From Mobula hypostoma (Eukaryota), in contig NC_086097.1 in the NCBI RefSeq assembly GCF_963921235.1, positions 148,368,001 to 148,432,000 of the forward strand: 64,000 nucleotides of DNA, given 5' to 3'. Positions 38,255 through 51,675 of this stretch are shown piece after piece (the first letter of the stretch is position 1; each line of letters opens with the position of its first letter). A model generated the notes under the pieces. That model saw only the letters and a program-made list of their open reading frames with translations, did no database searches and was not told the DNA's origin. Made by a program: the position numbers and the translations under genes.

Positions 38255-38840
38255 TAATAGAATATAGAACAGTACAGTACGGCACAGACCCTTTGGCCTA
38301 TGAGGCCCATTTTAATCTACTCCAAGATCAATCCACATAAGCCCTCCATTTTTCTTTCATCCATGTGCCTATCTAAGGGTCTCTTAGTTCTCCCTAACAT
38401 ATCTGCCTCTGTCACTACCGCTGGCAGAGTGTTCCACAAAGTTATCGCTTTCTTTAAAAAATCTATTTCCAGTATATCCCCCTGTACTTTCCTCCAATCA
38501 CCTTAAAGTTATTTCCTATCATATTAGTAATTTGTGAAAAAGGCACTGGCAGTCCACTTCATCCATGCCTCTTATCATCTTGTACACCTCTATCAAGTCA
38601 CCTCTCATCCTCCTTTGCTCCAAAGAGGCAAGCCCTAACTCCCAGTACTTCACAAGTCTGAAACCCTGCTTACTACACCAATTTTTCAACAACACATTCA
38701 TCTGCCATATCATCCTATTCATACCCTCACCGGAAAGTAGCACAGCAGCAATCCAGAGAATACTATCTTTTAGGTCCTGCTTTTTAGCTTCCTATATTTG
38801 TTCTTCAGCGCCTTACCCCTTTTCCTACCTATGTTGTTGG
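38255..38840 (-). mobile_element. CR1 3' end fused to a CR1 ORF1 piece
   Basis: (atagaa)n tail; LEQRRMRGDLIEVYKMIRG joined directly to ORF1-like WCSKQGFR. Confidence 0.75.
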
Positions 38841-38929
38841 TACCAGTATCTAATTGGGTTGGAGGTGTAGGGCCAAATACAGGGGGTGAATGACCTACTT
38901 CTAAAAATCATTTTCTTTAAGACTGAGAG

Positions 38930-39062
38930 GCTGCAGGATTTAATCCCTGGAAAGTGCTGATCTCAGCTGAGTGACAGTATGAGTGCTGCAATTGATCTCG
39001 GCAGTACTGGGTGGAGCAAAGGAGAAACTGAATACAGTTGTACAGCATATCGCTATCAGGAT
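38930..39062 (+). mobile_element. Ancient tRNA-derived SINE relic (AmnSINE2-like)
   Basis: aatccctgg...gctgatctcagc...gtgctgcaattg...atcgctatc matches the recalled motif order; not verified. Confidence 0.4.
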
Positions 39063-39553
39063 GTCAGTGCCTATGGATCAAATAAGAAAGGGATCATACT
39101 TCCTGTCACCTCCTCCCAAAACAAGTGCAAATAGCCTGTCACCACATGACACCAAAGGTCACATACGATCAGGAGATCTGTGAGAGAGCCCTGATACAAG
39201 AATCTCGGAAATAACAAAAGGGATTCTACACTGGAAAAGTGTGTTTCCTCCATTTAACATTGAACAAGGAACATAGAAAAATACAGGAGAGAAGCAGGCC
39301 TTCAGCCCAATGCGTGTGTGTTGACCATGAAGCCAATCTGTACTAAAACCATCTGCCTGCACGTGGTCTATATCCCTCTGTTCCCTTTATGTTCATGTGT
39401 CTGTCAAAGTGGCTTGAAAGGATCATATCTTTTTTACCACTTCCCCTGGCAACATGTTCCAGACACCTACCACTCTCTAGATAAAAACTTACCTTGAAAA
39501 TATCCTTCAAACTTCTTCCCTCCACCCTCAAATTATAGCTATGCCCTTAAATA

Positions 39554-40223
39554 CACTCAGTGATAACTTTATTAGGTACACCTATGCACCTGCTATTAAT
39601 GCAAATATCTAATCAACCAATCATGTGGCAGCAACTCAATAAATAAAAGCATACGGACATGGACAAGAGGTTTAGTTGTTGTTCAGACGACTGAATAGGG
39701 AAAAATGCAGTCTAAATGACTTTAAGCATGGAATGGTCCCAGACAGGGTGGTTTGAGTATCTCAGAAATTGCTGATCTTCTGGGATTTACACACACAACA
39801 GTCTCTAGAGTTTACAGAGTATGGTGCAAGAAACAGAAAAACATCCTGTGACTGGTAGTTCTGTTGGTTAAAGTGCCTTGATAATGAGAGAGGTCAGAGG
39901 AAAATGACCAAACTGGTTCAAGCTGACGGGAAGCTGACAGTCACAAACAAGAGAAAATCTGCAGATGTTGAAAATCCAAGCAACACATACAAAATGCTGG
40001 AGGAACTCAGCATCTATGGAAAAGAGAACAATTGACGTTTTGGCCCAAGCTCCTTCAGTAGGACCCACATTTCCATGAATTACAACAGTGGTGTGCAGAA
40101 GAGCATTTCTGAAAGTGCAACATGTTAAACCTTGATGGGCTACTGCAGCAGAAGACCATGAACATAAAATCAGTGGCTACTTTCTTGGGTACAGGAGGTC
40201 CCCAATAAAATGGCCACTGAGTG
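39554..40223 (+). mobile_element. Non-autonomous Tc1/mariner relic with a PLE pLTR insert (~39942-40066)
   Basis: TA|cactcagtgataactttattaggtacacc ... aataaaatggccactgagtg|TA; same family as 17561-18119. Confidence 0.88.
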
Positions 40224-40391
40224 TATTTGACATTTCAACATTGGGTGAAGACCCTGACTACTTACCACATTTGTGCTTCTCATAATTTTATATAGTCTTC
40301 TATCGTATTTAAAATCCAGAAACCCAAATGAAAGGGCCATAGGCTTTAATAGAAATCATCAACAAGAGTGAAAGACGAGTGGTGATGAGTG

Positions 40392-40650
40392 AAGTCAGAG
40401 TCATACAGCACAGAACAGTCCCTTTGTCCCACTGAGTTTACACCAACTTCAGGCACTCATTTTACTCTCCTTGCTTTCCCTCAGCTCCCAGCCAAATGCA
40501 TGCCTTTGGAATGAAGGAGGAAACTTGAGCACCCGAAGGATAGTCAAGTAGTCACAGGGAGAACGTGCAAACTCCACTCTGACAGCTGGGATTGGACACA
40601 GGTGACTGAAACTGTGAGGCAGCTGCTCTACTAATAATGTCACTCCAACA
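40392..40650 (-). mobile_element. HE1-like V-SINE
   Basis: gtcacagggagaacgtgcaaactccac...gaggcagctgctcta is the reverse complement of the V-SINE head and body. Confidence 0.75.
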
Positions 40651-42199
40651 ATTACGTACATTCTCCAGAGTTTAGAAGCACAGAAAGAGTCAGGAAGGAG
40701 AAGTGAATGAAGATAAAGTGTAGCATTTTAAAATCTCTTTTAACACACAGCAAAGGCTGGAGAAACTCAGCAAGTCAGGCAGCTTCTATGGAGGGGCATG
40801 AAAAATCAAGGTATTGACTGATACCCTTCATCAGGTAACCGAGCATCTCAGCTCGAAGCATTGACTGTTTATTCCCCTGTACAGATGCTGCCTGACATGT
40901 TGAGCTCCTCCAGTATTTTCCATGTGTTTGTCAAGATTTCCAACATCTGCAGCATTACTGTGTTTTTTAAAACCTCACCTCCTCTCTCCTCTTCTAGTGT
41001 ATAATCTCTTCTCTTCCCAGTGATGTCATACACTAGGAGCATACTTGAAAAAAAAACCTGTCTTTTTGTCTGGCTTGCATGGCAAAAGGAAGACACTAGT
41101 ATATAAAAAAGGCAGTGCAACTTTTGCTTTAGTTTGAATTTGAATGGGAGCAGTGTTGAGAAGTGCCTCTGTAGGTAAAAAGGTAAAAATACAACAATTC
41201 ATTTAACATTGCTTTAATCCGTATCTCTCAGGGTTCACTGTTGCACCTGCAGCTGTACACTCATGGAACTATAAGTACCACTAACTCTAGCCATGTTCTT
41301 CCTCATAATGGGAAGCAGTCTAAATGAGCAGCAAACATTTCAACAATGCTAACAATGGCCAATATAATCCAGCATAAATCCAACCCTTCTAGTGATATCT
41401 TGCTACTGCTGATGCATTTGACATACTGCATACTGTATATAGGTTGTCCACCATGGACACCCACGGTGTTGTTCTTTATGTTGAACATGCAATAAAAAAA
41501 TGATTACATCAAACTATTCATTGACTTTTACAAAGTGCAACAGTGCCACTTCATGGTGGCAAAGTAGTACAGCAAAGGCTAAAGGGAAACCTTTTCTAAT
41601 CAGATCCCCTTGACTCTCTGTGGTGTTGGGTGGTGATATGTTGAGTGATCCCTGGAGAGTGATCAGAAACAATATCAATGATTAAAAGCCATCTGTTGCC
41701 CTATGGTTTCCATTATAGTTCTAAAGGGAGATCAGAGGATTCCTGCAGAAATTTCATCCTATCCTTTGTTTCCCTTCCTCTTAAACTCAATTGGTTAATT
41801 CGCTGTGTGTTTCCATGCTGAATTAAGCACAGGTTTTTATTTTACATCCTTGTCATAACAACTGATCATTGATGGTGAAGCAGCAGATTTCAGCCAAGGT
41901 TTAGTTGAGAGAGCCACTTATCAATGATCTTATCTTGGGTGTTACTGAATTACAAGATCTCAGGTAGAGTGATTGAAATAGTTCATGCCACCTAAGGTTG
42001 ATTGTAGTAAGCAGCCAGAGTCATGGTATGAGTGGATGCTACACCTGTCTTCAATCTTAATGCTCTTGTGCAGAGAACAAAAAAATCAACATCTACATCC
42101 TAAATTCAGTTCTGAAATTCCTCTCTTAATCGTGGAGTTAAGTGAATCAAAGCCAATGAATTATCAGTGGTTTCTCACAAAGTCAGCTTAAATAGTATC

Positions 42200-42690
42200 A
42201 TCAGGTTGAACATGAAAGATGCCTCACAACGACAACATCAAACATTATGGTTGCAGTCTTCCTGTGTTTATTAGGGATTGGTCTTCAAAGCCAATTGCAC
42301 AACTACTGAAGAGATTTGTGAAAAAAATTAGCATCAGTCATTGATGGATCACCAAGAATGAAGTATAATGTCTGCCTGTGTCAGTGGAACCAGATAGATT
42401 CGCCATCTGAAGCAGCAGTGAAGAAAATTGGGTTAGAAATGGCTCTCTATCAGAAAATAAAAATTCATTAACATAATGCTCAGCATCTGTTCATGATCAG
42501 TAGTGAACCATAGGGAAGGACGAAGAAATCATCTCAGTGTTGAAAAGCCACTCCATGTGTACAAAACATCTTATCAAACCAGTAAACCAGTCCAAATATC
42601 ATTTTAAAGAGGAGTCCACAACATCACAAAGTACAGATAAGAATTCAGTTTTTCCACAAAGCACAGTTAAGAACCTTTCCTACCAGAGGC
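42200..42690 (+). mobile_element. Very old L2/Crack-like LINE 3' fossil
   Basis: Faint RT C-terminal pattern ending ...KNSVFPQSTV, compared with typical KNSFFPRTI. Confidence 0.35.
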
Positions 42691-42775
42691 AGGAAGGCCT
42701 TCACATTTATTAACAGGATACAGACCAGGAGAAAACACTGCTGTGGTCAGTTGCATTGACAATGAAATACTGATT

Positions 42776-43076
42776 TAGGCATCCGCTAGTCTTGTGAGAC
42801 CATGGATTTGTGCCTTGGAAGGTTTCCAGGGCGCAGACCCGGGCAAGGTTGTATGGAAGACCAGCAGTTGCCCATGCTGCCAGTCTCCCCTCTCCACGCA
42901 ACTGATGTTGTCCAAGGGAAGGGCACTAGGGCCGATACAGCTTGGCACCGGTGTCATCGCAGAGCAATGTGTGGTTAAGTGCCTTGCTCAAGGACACAAC
43001 ATGCTGCCTCAGCTGAGGCTTGAACTAGCAACCTTCAGATCACCAGACTGATGCCTTAACCACTTGGCCACACCAC
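42776..43076 (-). mobile_element. tRNA/CORE/RTE-tail SINE (copy 3)
   Basis: Same family as 12594-12874; TSD tactgatt (42768-42775 / 43077-43084). Confidence 0.88.
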
Positions 43077-44504
43077 TACTGATTAACCCAGAAGAACATT
43101 GACAGGTACATTTATAAGATGTTCCTCTTCAACATCAGGACTTCTCAAAACATTTTACATACTGAAGAGTACTGGGTTCTATGATAGTTTATAAAACATT
43201 GTGTTGTGTATTGTGTATTGGATGATAAAGGACATTTGGATATTTGATTATTTAAAAAAAGACAGTGCCATTTATAGCTTGACTTTTACCACAGTAATAT
43301 GTCTCCTGGTACTCCTCTAGAAGGTGAATAATAAAAATTGACACCAATCCACATTGAGGCAAGTGGCCAAAATCTGTATTAAAGGGGTAAATTTCACAAA
43401 GTGCTTAAAGCAGAAAGAGCTGAAGAAGGAGAATAAGTTAGGGAGGAATTTTTGAGCTTAAGGTTTTAGCAGGCATGGGATTCAGTGACTAAGGGATTAA
43501 ATTCAGAGATGATCATATGGAATTGGTGGTGGAATGGAAACCTCAAAAGGTTACTGTATATAGGGCTGGAAGAAAGTACAGTAATAGAGATGGGTAAGAC
43601 CATGAAAGTGAAAATGTGTAAAGAATTTTTTAAAACTGATCCTTATTTAACATTGAAAAGTAAAACAGGAAAGATTTCACATTTATGGAATCTTAAGATA
43701 CTTCAAAGCACATTATAGCCAATTAAGTAATGCAGATATGTAGGCACTTGCTAATGTAAGAAGCAGTCAATTAGCCTACAGCCCAATCAGTCAAACTAAA
43801 AAGTGATAGTGACCAGTCAGGAGGTTGAATTGAGTTTATTGACAGCCGACTGACAGCGAAGGAGGTCCAGCTGCACTGCAGCTAACTGTTAGTTTTACAC
43901 CAGGAATAAAGTGTTTTTAAAATGGGCAAAAACTGGAAGAGATTTAGTCATTTAATAAATTTTCATACTCTTTTAAATGTTTTGTTAGTACTTTGAGGTA
44001 TTTTGAATTAACTTTAACATTATGTTTTAATTTTTGTAATTATTTTCAAATTATTTAAATCCATTCAAATACCTTGGATACTTAAAAACAGTTCAACAAT
44101 ATTTAATAGGGCAATTTTTTTAAAGGCAGTTAGATATTCAAAGCATTCTCAAATACAAACAAAAACTGCAGGAAACACGCAATAAGTTGGGCGGCATACA
44201 TGGAGCAAGATTCAGAGTTAACATTTCAGGTCAAGTCCATTCCTCAGAACGTGGGCCTCCTGTACACTGTCTGAAGCCTACTGTCCAATTTGTGAAATGC
44301 TTCTCTTGGATTGTCAACTGATTGGCTCTCTATGTCATGTAAAGGTTAGCATGGCTGGGAAGAGGGTTAGGTCCAGCATTACCTTTAATGATAAAACACA
44401 TCACTAAGGTTACCTGCTCTATTAACAAGATTCTATCCCAGCCTCAAATCATGTGCTGCTGGAAGTCTCAACCTTAGCTTTGTGATCTAGAGGCTTAATT
44501 GTTT

Positions 44505-45362
44505 AACCACCGTAGGTTGCAACAGGACATTGATAGGATGCAGAGCTGGGCTGAGAAGCGGCAGATGGAGTTCAATCTGGAAAAGTGTGAAATGATACAC
44601 TTCAGAAGGTCAAACTTAAAGGCAGAGTACAAGGTTAATGGCAAGATTCTCAGCAGTGTGGAGATACAGAAGGATCTTGTGATTCATGTCCATGGATCCC
44701 TCAAATTTGTTGCACAAGTTGATAGAGTGGTTAGGAAGGCATATGATGTGTTTGGCTTCATTAGTTGGGACTGAGTTCAAGAGCCATAAGGTAATGTTGC
44801 AGCACTGTAAAGCTCTGGTTAGATCACAGGATTGGGTTCAGTTCTGGTCGTCTCCATAGAGGATGGCTGGGGAAACTTTAGAGATGGTCCAGAGAAAATT
44901 TACCAGGATGCTGGATTAGAGAGCATGTCTTATGTGGAAAGGCTGAATGAGCTACGGCTTTTCTCTTTGAAACAAAGGAGGATGAAAGGTGACTTGATAG
45001 AGATATATAAGATGATAAGAAGCACTGATAGAGTGGATAGCTGGTGTTTTTGTCCCAGGGTGGAAATGGCTAATATGAGAGGGCATAATTTTAAGGTAAT
45101 TGGAGGAAAGCAAAGGGGGATATCAGAGGTAGGTTTTTTCACATAGAATGGTGGATGCATGGAATGTGCTGCCAGGATGATGGTAGAGGTATATACTGTA
45201 AATTAAGGACACTTAAAAGACTCTTAGATGGGCACATGGATGAAAGAGAAATGAAAGGCCATACAGGAGGGAAAAGTTAAATTGACCTTGGGGTAGTTTA
45301 GAAGGTCGGCATGATATTGTGGGCTGAAGGGCCTGTATTGTGCTGTACTGTTCCATGTTCTC
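44505..45362 (+). mobile_element. CR1 3' fragment
   Basis: LQQDIDRMQSWAEKRQMEFNLEKCEMIHF; LFSLKQRRMKGDLIEIYK; tail gggctgaagggcctgt...ttccatgttct. Confidence 0.92.
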
Positions 45363-46149
45363 TACCCTGGGAGGGCTCTCGCCTTCTGCACGCACAACTA
45401 CTGGGGTTATTGAAAACTCTGCTATATTGTGCATGGTGCCTGTGGACGTATAACAACTCTTCAGTTTTAGCATGTTTGTCCTTGTTTTCAGATACCTTGC
45501 TTCTTGCTGTTTCAGTCAGTCATTGAATATCTGCCCTTCCCCTGTTCCTGCAATTGTCAAATTCCGAAACTTTTGGATTCTCAACTTTCTTGCTCAATTT
45601 TTCCACCTCTCAAGATCTCAATTTCTCTAAGTCACACGAGATTCGACAGATGCTGGAAATCTTGAGCACTATATACAAATTGCTGGAGGAACCCAGCAGT
45701 CAGGCAGCTTCTATTTTTCTCCATAGAAGCAGCCTGACCTATTGAGTTCATCCAGCATTTTGTAAGTGTAGCTCTATTTTCCCCAGTCTCTTTTCTTTTT
45801 GAAAATGATTTGGCAAAGCTTTTGATCATCTTCAGTTTTGCCAGCCTTTCCACTAGTTGACAGCTCATTCATTTTGCATACAGGAATGAGCCAACAGGAA
45901 CACAAACACTTCCCTCAGGCCACTCTGTATGGAACATACTGTGAATAGCATTGTCTTGAGCTGCTAGGTATGAAGCCTGCATAAATGTTAACTTATGAAC
46001 ATGTGTTAGTATTGTGGAGCCTAGAATGGTCTCTTGTCATGGACTCCCTCTTGTCACCAGATCAAGACTGCACACTGCATGGTAATGGCGATCCTGCAGG
46101 CAAATTCCACAGCTCAGTTTGAAATTAGGGTCTGGAGCTTTGGAGCCTT

Positions 46150-48780
46150 GGGCAACACGCAATTTGTTGGTGAAGCTCAACGGCTCGAGCAGCATCAGTG
46201 GGAGGAAAGAAATTGTCGATATTTCAAACTGAAGACCTGCATCAGGAATGAGCAGACTGGTGAGATGTCCAGCATAGAGAGGAGAAGGGGAGTCGTGAGA
46301 CAGGAGCCCAAGGTGATTGGTGGAGTGAATAACGGTGTAAGATGGCAGATAGGTGGCAGAGGACTTGAATTCGGGTGGATTTGTAAGACTGTGGCAAGGG
46401 AATGAGAGGTGGAGGCAGACAAAGAGAGAGAGGAAAAATTAAAAGCAGCAGAGAGAGCAAAGTGAAGAGAGGTGAGTGTGAAGTTGGGAGACACTTGCTG
46501 GAGGGAAATAAGCAGGAACACCAGCACTGGATTCTGAGAAGTAGAGGAAGTGAGAGTTAGAGGATAACGGAGATGTGGTGGGGGTGGGAGACTGGAATAA
46601 AAATTGTGTGTGAAGTTGGTGGATGGAGGAGAGGGAAGGAGACAAAATAGGTAAAGGGCAACTGGTGGAAGGTAAGAAGGGGAACAAAAATGGGAAGACT
46701 GAAGGATCAGAAGGAGAAGGAGAAAGGGGAAAAAAGAGAAAAGAGAGTGATTACTTAAAATTGGAAAACCCAATATTTATGTGGTGGAATATAAAGTGCT
46801 GGTCTTCTAGTTTGCTTTGGGCTTCTTCTCGGCAGTAAAGAAAGACAAGGACAAAGACAGGGCAGTGTGGAACTGTGGAGGGGAATTGAAAAAGCCCACA
46901 ACTGGGAGCGCAGGATGGTCACTGCAGACCAAGCGTAGGTGTTCTGCAAAACAGTCACAGAGTCTGAAGTTGGTCTTGCCAATCTCAGGGAGGTCACATA
47001 GGGAGCACCAAATGCAGTAGGCAAGGTTAGAGGAGATGTATGTGAAGCTTTGTCTCACCTGGAAGATCCCTGGCTGGTGGTGTAAGGACAAATGTTACAT
47101 CTACTGTGAAAGCAGGGGAAATGTCTGGCGTAAGGGCGGGATGAATGTGGAGGGATGAGCATATCAGGGAGCAATGGAGGGAATAGTTCCTGCAGAAGGT
47201 GGAAAGGGGTGACGTTGTAGATGGCAGAAATGACAAGTGCTGATGTGCTGGATGCAAAGGTTAATGTGTGAAAGGTAAAGAAAAGGGAAGTCTATCACTT
47301 CCTGTCTGGGAGGACACGGAGTGAGATCAGAAATACAAGAAACAGACGAGATATGAGTTAAGGCCCTATCAATCACAGCAAAATGGAAATCATGTTTCAT
47401 TAAAAAGGACAAATCAGATGTCCTGGAACAAAAAACCTTAACTTGAGAGCAGATGCAGTGAAGATAAAGAAACTGGGAGGAAAGGAATAGCATCCTTAAA
47501 ATAGACATAATGGGAAGAGGCATAGTCTAAGTAGGTGTGGGAATTTGTAATAAATATTAATGGATAGTTTGTCTGCTCAGATGAGGACAGTGAGATCTAT
47601 AAAAGGGAAAGAAGTGTCAGAAATAGTTCATGCGAATTCGAGACCTGGGCGGAAGAGGGTGGCAAAGGTGATATATTTGAGGAGCTGCCTTCTGGACCCT
47701 GCGAGGTAGAGGTTAGTCCGCCGGACTACAATGGAAGCCCCCTTGCCTGTGGGTTTCATGACTAGGCTGTGATTGGTAGGAAGTGAATGAAGGGCTGTGC
47801 ATCCAGGGAGGGTGAGGTTGGATCGGGCCGGGGGGAGTGGAGATGTTGAAGCAGTTAATGTCATGGAAGCAATTGGAGATGATAGGTTGAGAGAGGGTAA
47901 AAGGACTGAAGGGGATGTCCAAGAGGAAGGGGAGTGTGTTGGAAGTGATAGAGACACAAGTAACGGGTCATCCATGGGGTGGGAGGGGGGTTGGAGGTCA
48001 GGACTCCTTGTCAAAGAAGTAGGCGTAGAAGTAGACACAATGGAAGAGGAGCTTCAGATCATGACGGGCTCAGAGCTTGTTGAGGAGTGGGTGCATGTAT
48101 ACAAAGGTGAAACCTTTGCTGAGGACTGATTAATCAGCATCAGGGAGGGGGAGTTCAGGAAGGATGGTGAAGACCTGCAGGGGTTGGAACCAAGGCAAGG
48201 ATTAGGGTCTTGTGTTTTGGATGTAGACTTGGACTATAGACTTTTCTCAGTCTTAAAGTTTTGTTTGCATCCAGTGTTTTTCACCTGATCTTTCTTGTTT
48301 TTTTTTGTGTGTGGTTGGGTATCTGGGGGTCAATGTGCCTGTTCCATTTTGGGTTTTTTTTTTGTGCAGAGAGCGGGGATTAGGGGTTGATGAGCCTGGT
48401 CCATTTTTGTTCACTTTTTTATATGGGCAGGGGGGATCTGGGGGTTGATGGTTGTGCTGCTTTTTTTTCTTTCTTTTTTTCGTGGCTACCCAGAGAAGGA
48501 GAGTTTCAGAGTTGTGTACTTTGATAATAAATGAACCTTTAAAGTGAGGGATGAGGGTATTACAGGGGGTGTGTTTTGAAGGAGGAGAGCTGAAGGGTGA
48601 GGGTGAAATGGGGAGAGTGAGGAATCTCAGGGAATAAGGGGAAGAGGAAGTTGTAAGCACAGTGTGGATTCTGGGGGTGGGATACCAAGTCAAAAGGTGA
48701 GGGGTTGCATTGAGGAAGGAGATGGGGAGGAGGAAGAGTAAGATCAGTGGTGCATTTGGAGCTTGGAGGAAGAGCAAGAA
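46150..48780 (-). mobile_element. Older PLE copy (pLTR, GIY-YIG, part of RT and N-terminal region) with a Rex1 tail insert (~48250-48540)
   Basis: NLAYCIWCSLCDLPEIGKTNFRLCDCFAEHLR; SQFLYLHCICS; KPTGKGASIVV resembles the PLE motif KPADKGGAVVV. Confidence 0.85.
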
Positions 48781-48879
48781 AGTCTCTCTTGGACCACCTC
48801 AACTCTAATAAGCCTGAGCATTTCTTTCTTATAACTTATCATAGGAATTTGAATTCACTGACTTAACAGTTCTGCTCTG

Positions 48880-49400
48880 AGTGCAACACAATGAAATAGC
48901 AGGTGCAAAGAACACCTTTAGGAAGGGCAAACCAGAGGAGAAGTGCCATGCTCCCAGGACAGATTCTAACATAAAAAATGATTCGGTCTGTCATCTCATG
49001 ATCCACTAGCTCACTCTGAGGTGGAACCAGTAGCACAATCATCAGTGACTAGACCCTAATTTTGAAGCTACAGATGTGGCCATGGAGAACTTCCGCTCAG
49101 ATCTTGAAAAAGCCCTGGTCCACATCCTTGAAGGAAACAATTTGACTCTCTGGTAATCTCATCACCAAAATTGGAAAACTCAGAATCTTCTAAAAAGTTG
49201 TGAGTAACATGGAGGAAAGCAGTCCTCTCAATAATATGTTTAAACCATGGCAAACAAAAGAGCTCATTGCAGCAATCTTGATCTAGGCACTGAGACCTAT
49301 TAGAGAATGTCATTTTCCCAGGTGGAGATTACAAGTATTTGCATCACCCATATCAGGGCATGTACTAATGTCTCCTAGAATAATCATCACTTCTTCTGCT
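48880..49400 (+). mobile_element. RTE-clade endonuclease fossil
   Basis: Decayed GA..TF..GKPEE, ENFRSDLEKAL..I and SRH.DLL..VI motifs. Confidence 0.55.
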
Positions 49401-50000
49401 CCACTAGCCTTGCCCCAGAACGCAGGGATCTTTTCCAAATCTAGCGAGTTTTGTAAGATTACAAGCTCTGAATCTTTCACTGAAAGACTAATGTAAACAA
49501 TTGCGGAGAAAAGCATTGGCAAGTAATTTCTAACACTCATTGAGCAAACAATCATTGACTCTTAAGTTCCTCTGCATATTAATTCATTTGCACTGATGCT
49601 TTCATATTCTCTGTGCTGGGGAGCTCTTACAATTTAAAACAACAGCTTTTAAAGTGATTGTGCACACTATAGCAATGTTATTGAGTTTATTTGGTCATAA
49701 AAACGTAATAAAATAGGAACAGGAGCAGACCACTGAACTATGATTTAATTTGATCATGGCTGGTCTGCCCCAGGCCTCACCCCCATCTGTGCCAGCCCTA
49801 AATTCCCCAATATATTTGAAAAAATATCTACTGCCCTTTTTACTACCCCTAGCAATGTAGCCTGTACAACCCTCTGGTGCAGTGAATGTCAGATTTACCA
49901 CCATTCATGGGAAGAATCAAGTTGAATTTCAAGTCTCCCTATATGTGCCTGGCAGTTTCAAAATCCTAGTTCAGATTCACTGAGCTAGATAGAGATAAGA

Positions 50001-50665
50001 CAGATATCCCACCCTGCAAAAACTCATTTCAGGGAGGTAGCACCACCATTTCAGGGAGGTAGCACCCCCAACCCCCCCGGCAAACCCATATCCGCCCCCT
50101 GTTGACCTCCAAAGGTGTATGTAATACTTTGTTTAGTGATTTTGTCTAATCTATAAACCAAGTTGGGTATATGCAGAAAATGTGACATTAAAATATGTAC
50201 ACATATTATATTATATTTTCATGTTTATTCTATTACAACTTTAAGCAAGCTAACGGGGAGTTTGGCGTCATCACGTAGGACGTCAATAGAGTAGTTCCTT
50301 AGCAGCTAGCCAGCTAGTTTAAATAACGTTAGCTACGCTAATGAATGAATGACACCTGTTAAACTCACCTCAACATGTCTTTTACATTTTAACCCACCAT
50401 GGGCAATAGAAAAGTCACTGTTGCAAACAGTGCAGTGAGAAACACTGTCATTACTTTTGAGGTCGACTGCAAAGCCCGCCCACAGAGAAAACTGATAGGT
50501 CTACTTAGCACGAAGAGAGACCAACCAGGATGCTCGCTCTCGCTCTCCCTCTCCCTCTCAAAAAAAACACAATTTCTGGGATATTGTATATAATTTCCGG
50601 GCATCAGGGAGCCGCTATCAATATGCGGGAGACTCCCGGAACTTCCGGGAGAGGTGGGATGTCTG
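50001..50665. mobile_element. Non-autonomous hAT-type DNA transposon
   Basis: TIRs CAGATATCCCACC / GGTGGGATGTCTG; subterminal cgggagactcccggaacttccgggag; gataaga on both flanks (49994-50000 / 50666-50672). Confidence 0.75.
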
Positions 50666-50672
50666 GATAAGA

Positions 50673-51295
50673 TCAGAATCAGAATCAGGCTTAATATCAC
50701 TGGTATATGCCATGAAGCTTGTTGACTTTTTTGGTAGTAGTACAATGAAATGTATGATAAATAAATATAGTTAAAAAGTGGAATTGCATATATTTCTACT
50801 AAATAGTTAAGTTAAAATAAGCAGTGCAAAGAAAGTAGTAAAGTAGTGCTGGTGGGTTCAACGTCCATTTAGGAATCAGATAGCAGGGGGGAAGAAGCTG
50901 TTCCTGAATCGCTGCATGTGTGCCTTCAGGCTTCTGTACCTCCTTCCCGATGGTAACAATGAGAAGAGGGCATGTCCTGGGTGGTGGGGGTCCTCAGTGA
51001 TCTACACCACCGTCTTCAGGCATTGCTCCTTGAAAATGCCTTGGATACCACAAAGGCTAGTACCCATAATGGAGCTGATTTTACAACTTTCTGCAACTTA
51101 CTTCGATCTTGTGCAGTAGACCCTCCCACCACCCTCCCCCCCAATACCATATGATGATGCAGCCAGTCAGAATGCTCTTCACGGCACATTTGTAGAAGTT
51201 TTCGAGTGTTTTTGGTTGACAAACCAAATCTCGTCAAACTCCAAATGAAATATAGTCGCTGTCTTGATTTCTTTATAGCTACACCAATATGTTCA
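50673..51295 (-). mobile_element. Rex1/Babar 3' fragment
   Basis: (cagaat)n tail; STAQDRSKLQKVV motif. Confidence 0.85.
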
Positions 51296-51419
51296 TAGGT
51301 CCAGTAGTTTTTTGGCTAAGCTTATAAGTGGGTTTTATCTACAGTGAACTTTCGGGGAATGGCCTGCCAACATCCACCCTTTAGGCTGAAAAACAGTTAA
51401 GATACTTCAGGTTTTGAAA

Positions 51420-51675
51420 CGCAAACAACAGGAATTCTGCAGATGCTGGAAATTCAAGCAACACACATCAAAGTTGCGGGTGAACGCAGCAGGCCAGGCA
51501 GCATCTGTAGGAAGAGGTGCAGTCAACGTTCCCTTTGAAAGTACTTTCAAATCCCTTACTCACTCTTCCTTCAGTTAGTCCTGACGAAGGGTCTCAGCCT
51601 GAAACGTCGACTGCACCTCTTCCTACAGATGCTGCCTGGCCTGCTGCGTTCACCAGCAACTTTGGTGTGTGTTGC
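51420..51675. mobile_element. Short inverted-pLTR PLE derivative
   Basis: 73-bp arms 51458-51530 / 51603-51675; 13-bp TSD tcaggttttgaaa (51407-51419 / 51676-51688). Confidence 0.88.
51577..51612 (+). ncRNA. Minimal type I hammerhead ribozyme motif in a PLE pLTR
   Basis: AGTC-CTGACGA-AGG(gtctcag)CCT-GAAA-CGTC^GACT; predicted cleavage after 51608. Confidence 0.7.

Noticed and set aside
41303..41488. 61-aa minus ORF with a hydrophobic stretch
   Set aside because: No recognisable homology or convincing splice-site pair; length expected by chance.
46195..46773. 192-aa Pro/Ser/Leu-rich ORF (also 48253-48777)
   Set aside because: Low-complexity reading of the pyrimidine-rich Penelope strand, where stop codons are rare by composition.
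49068..49555. Two adjacent 81-aa minus-strand ORFs
   Set aside because: Largely antisense to a decayed RTE endonuclease; no recognisable protein.
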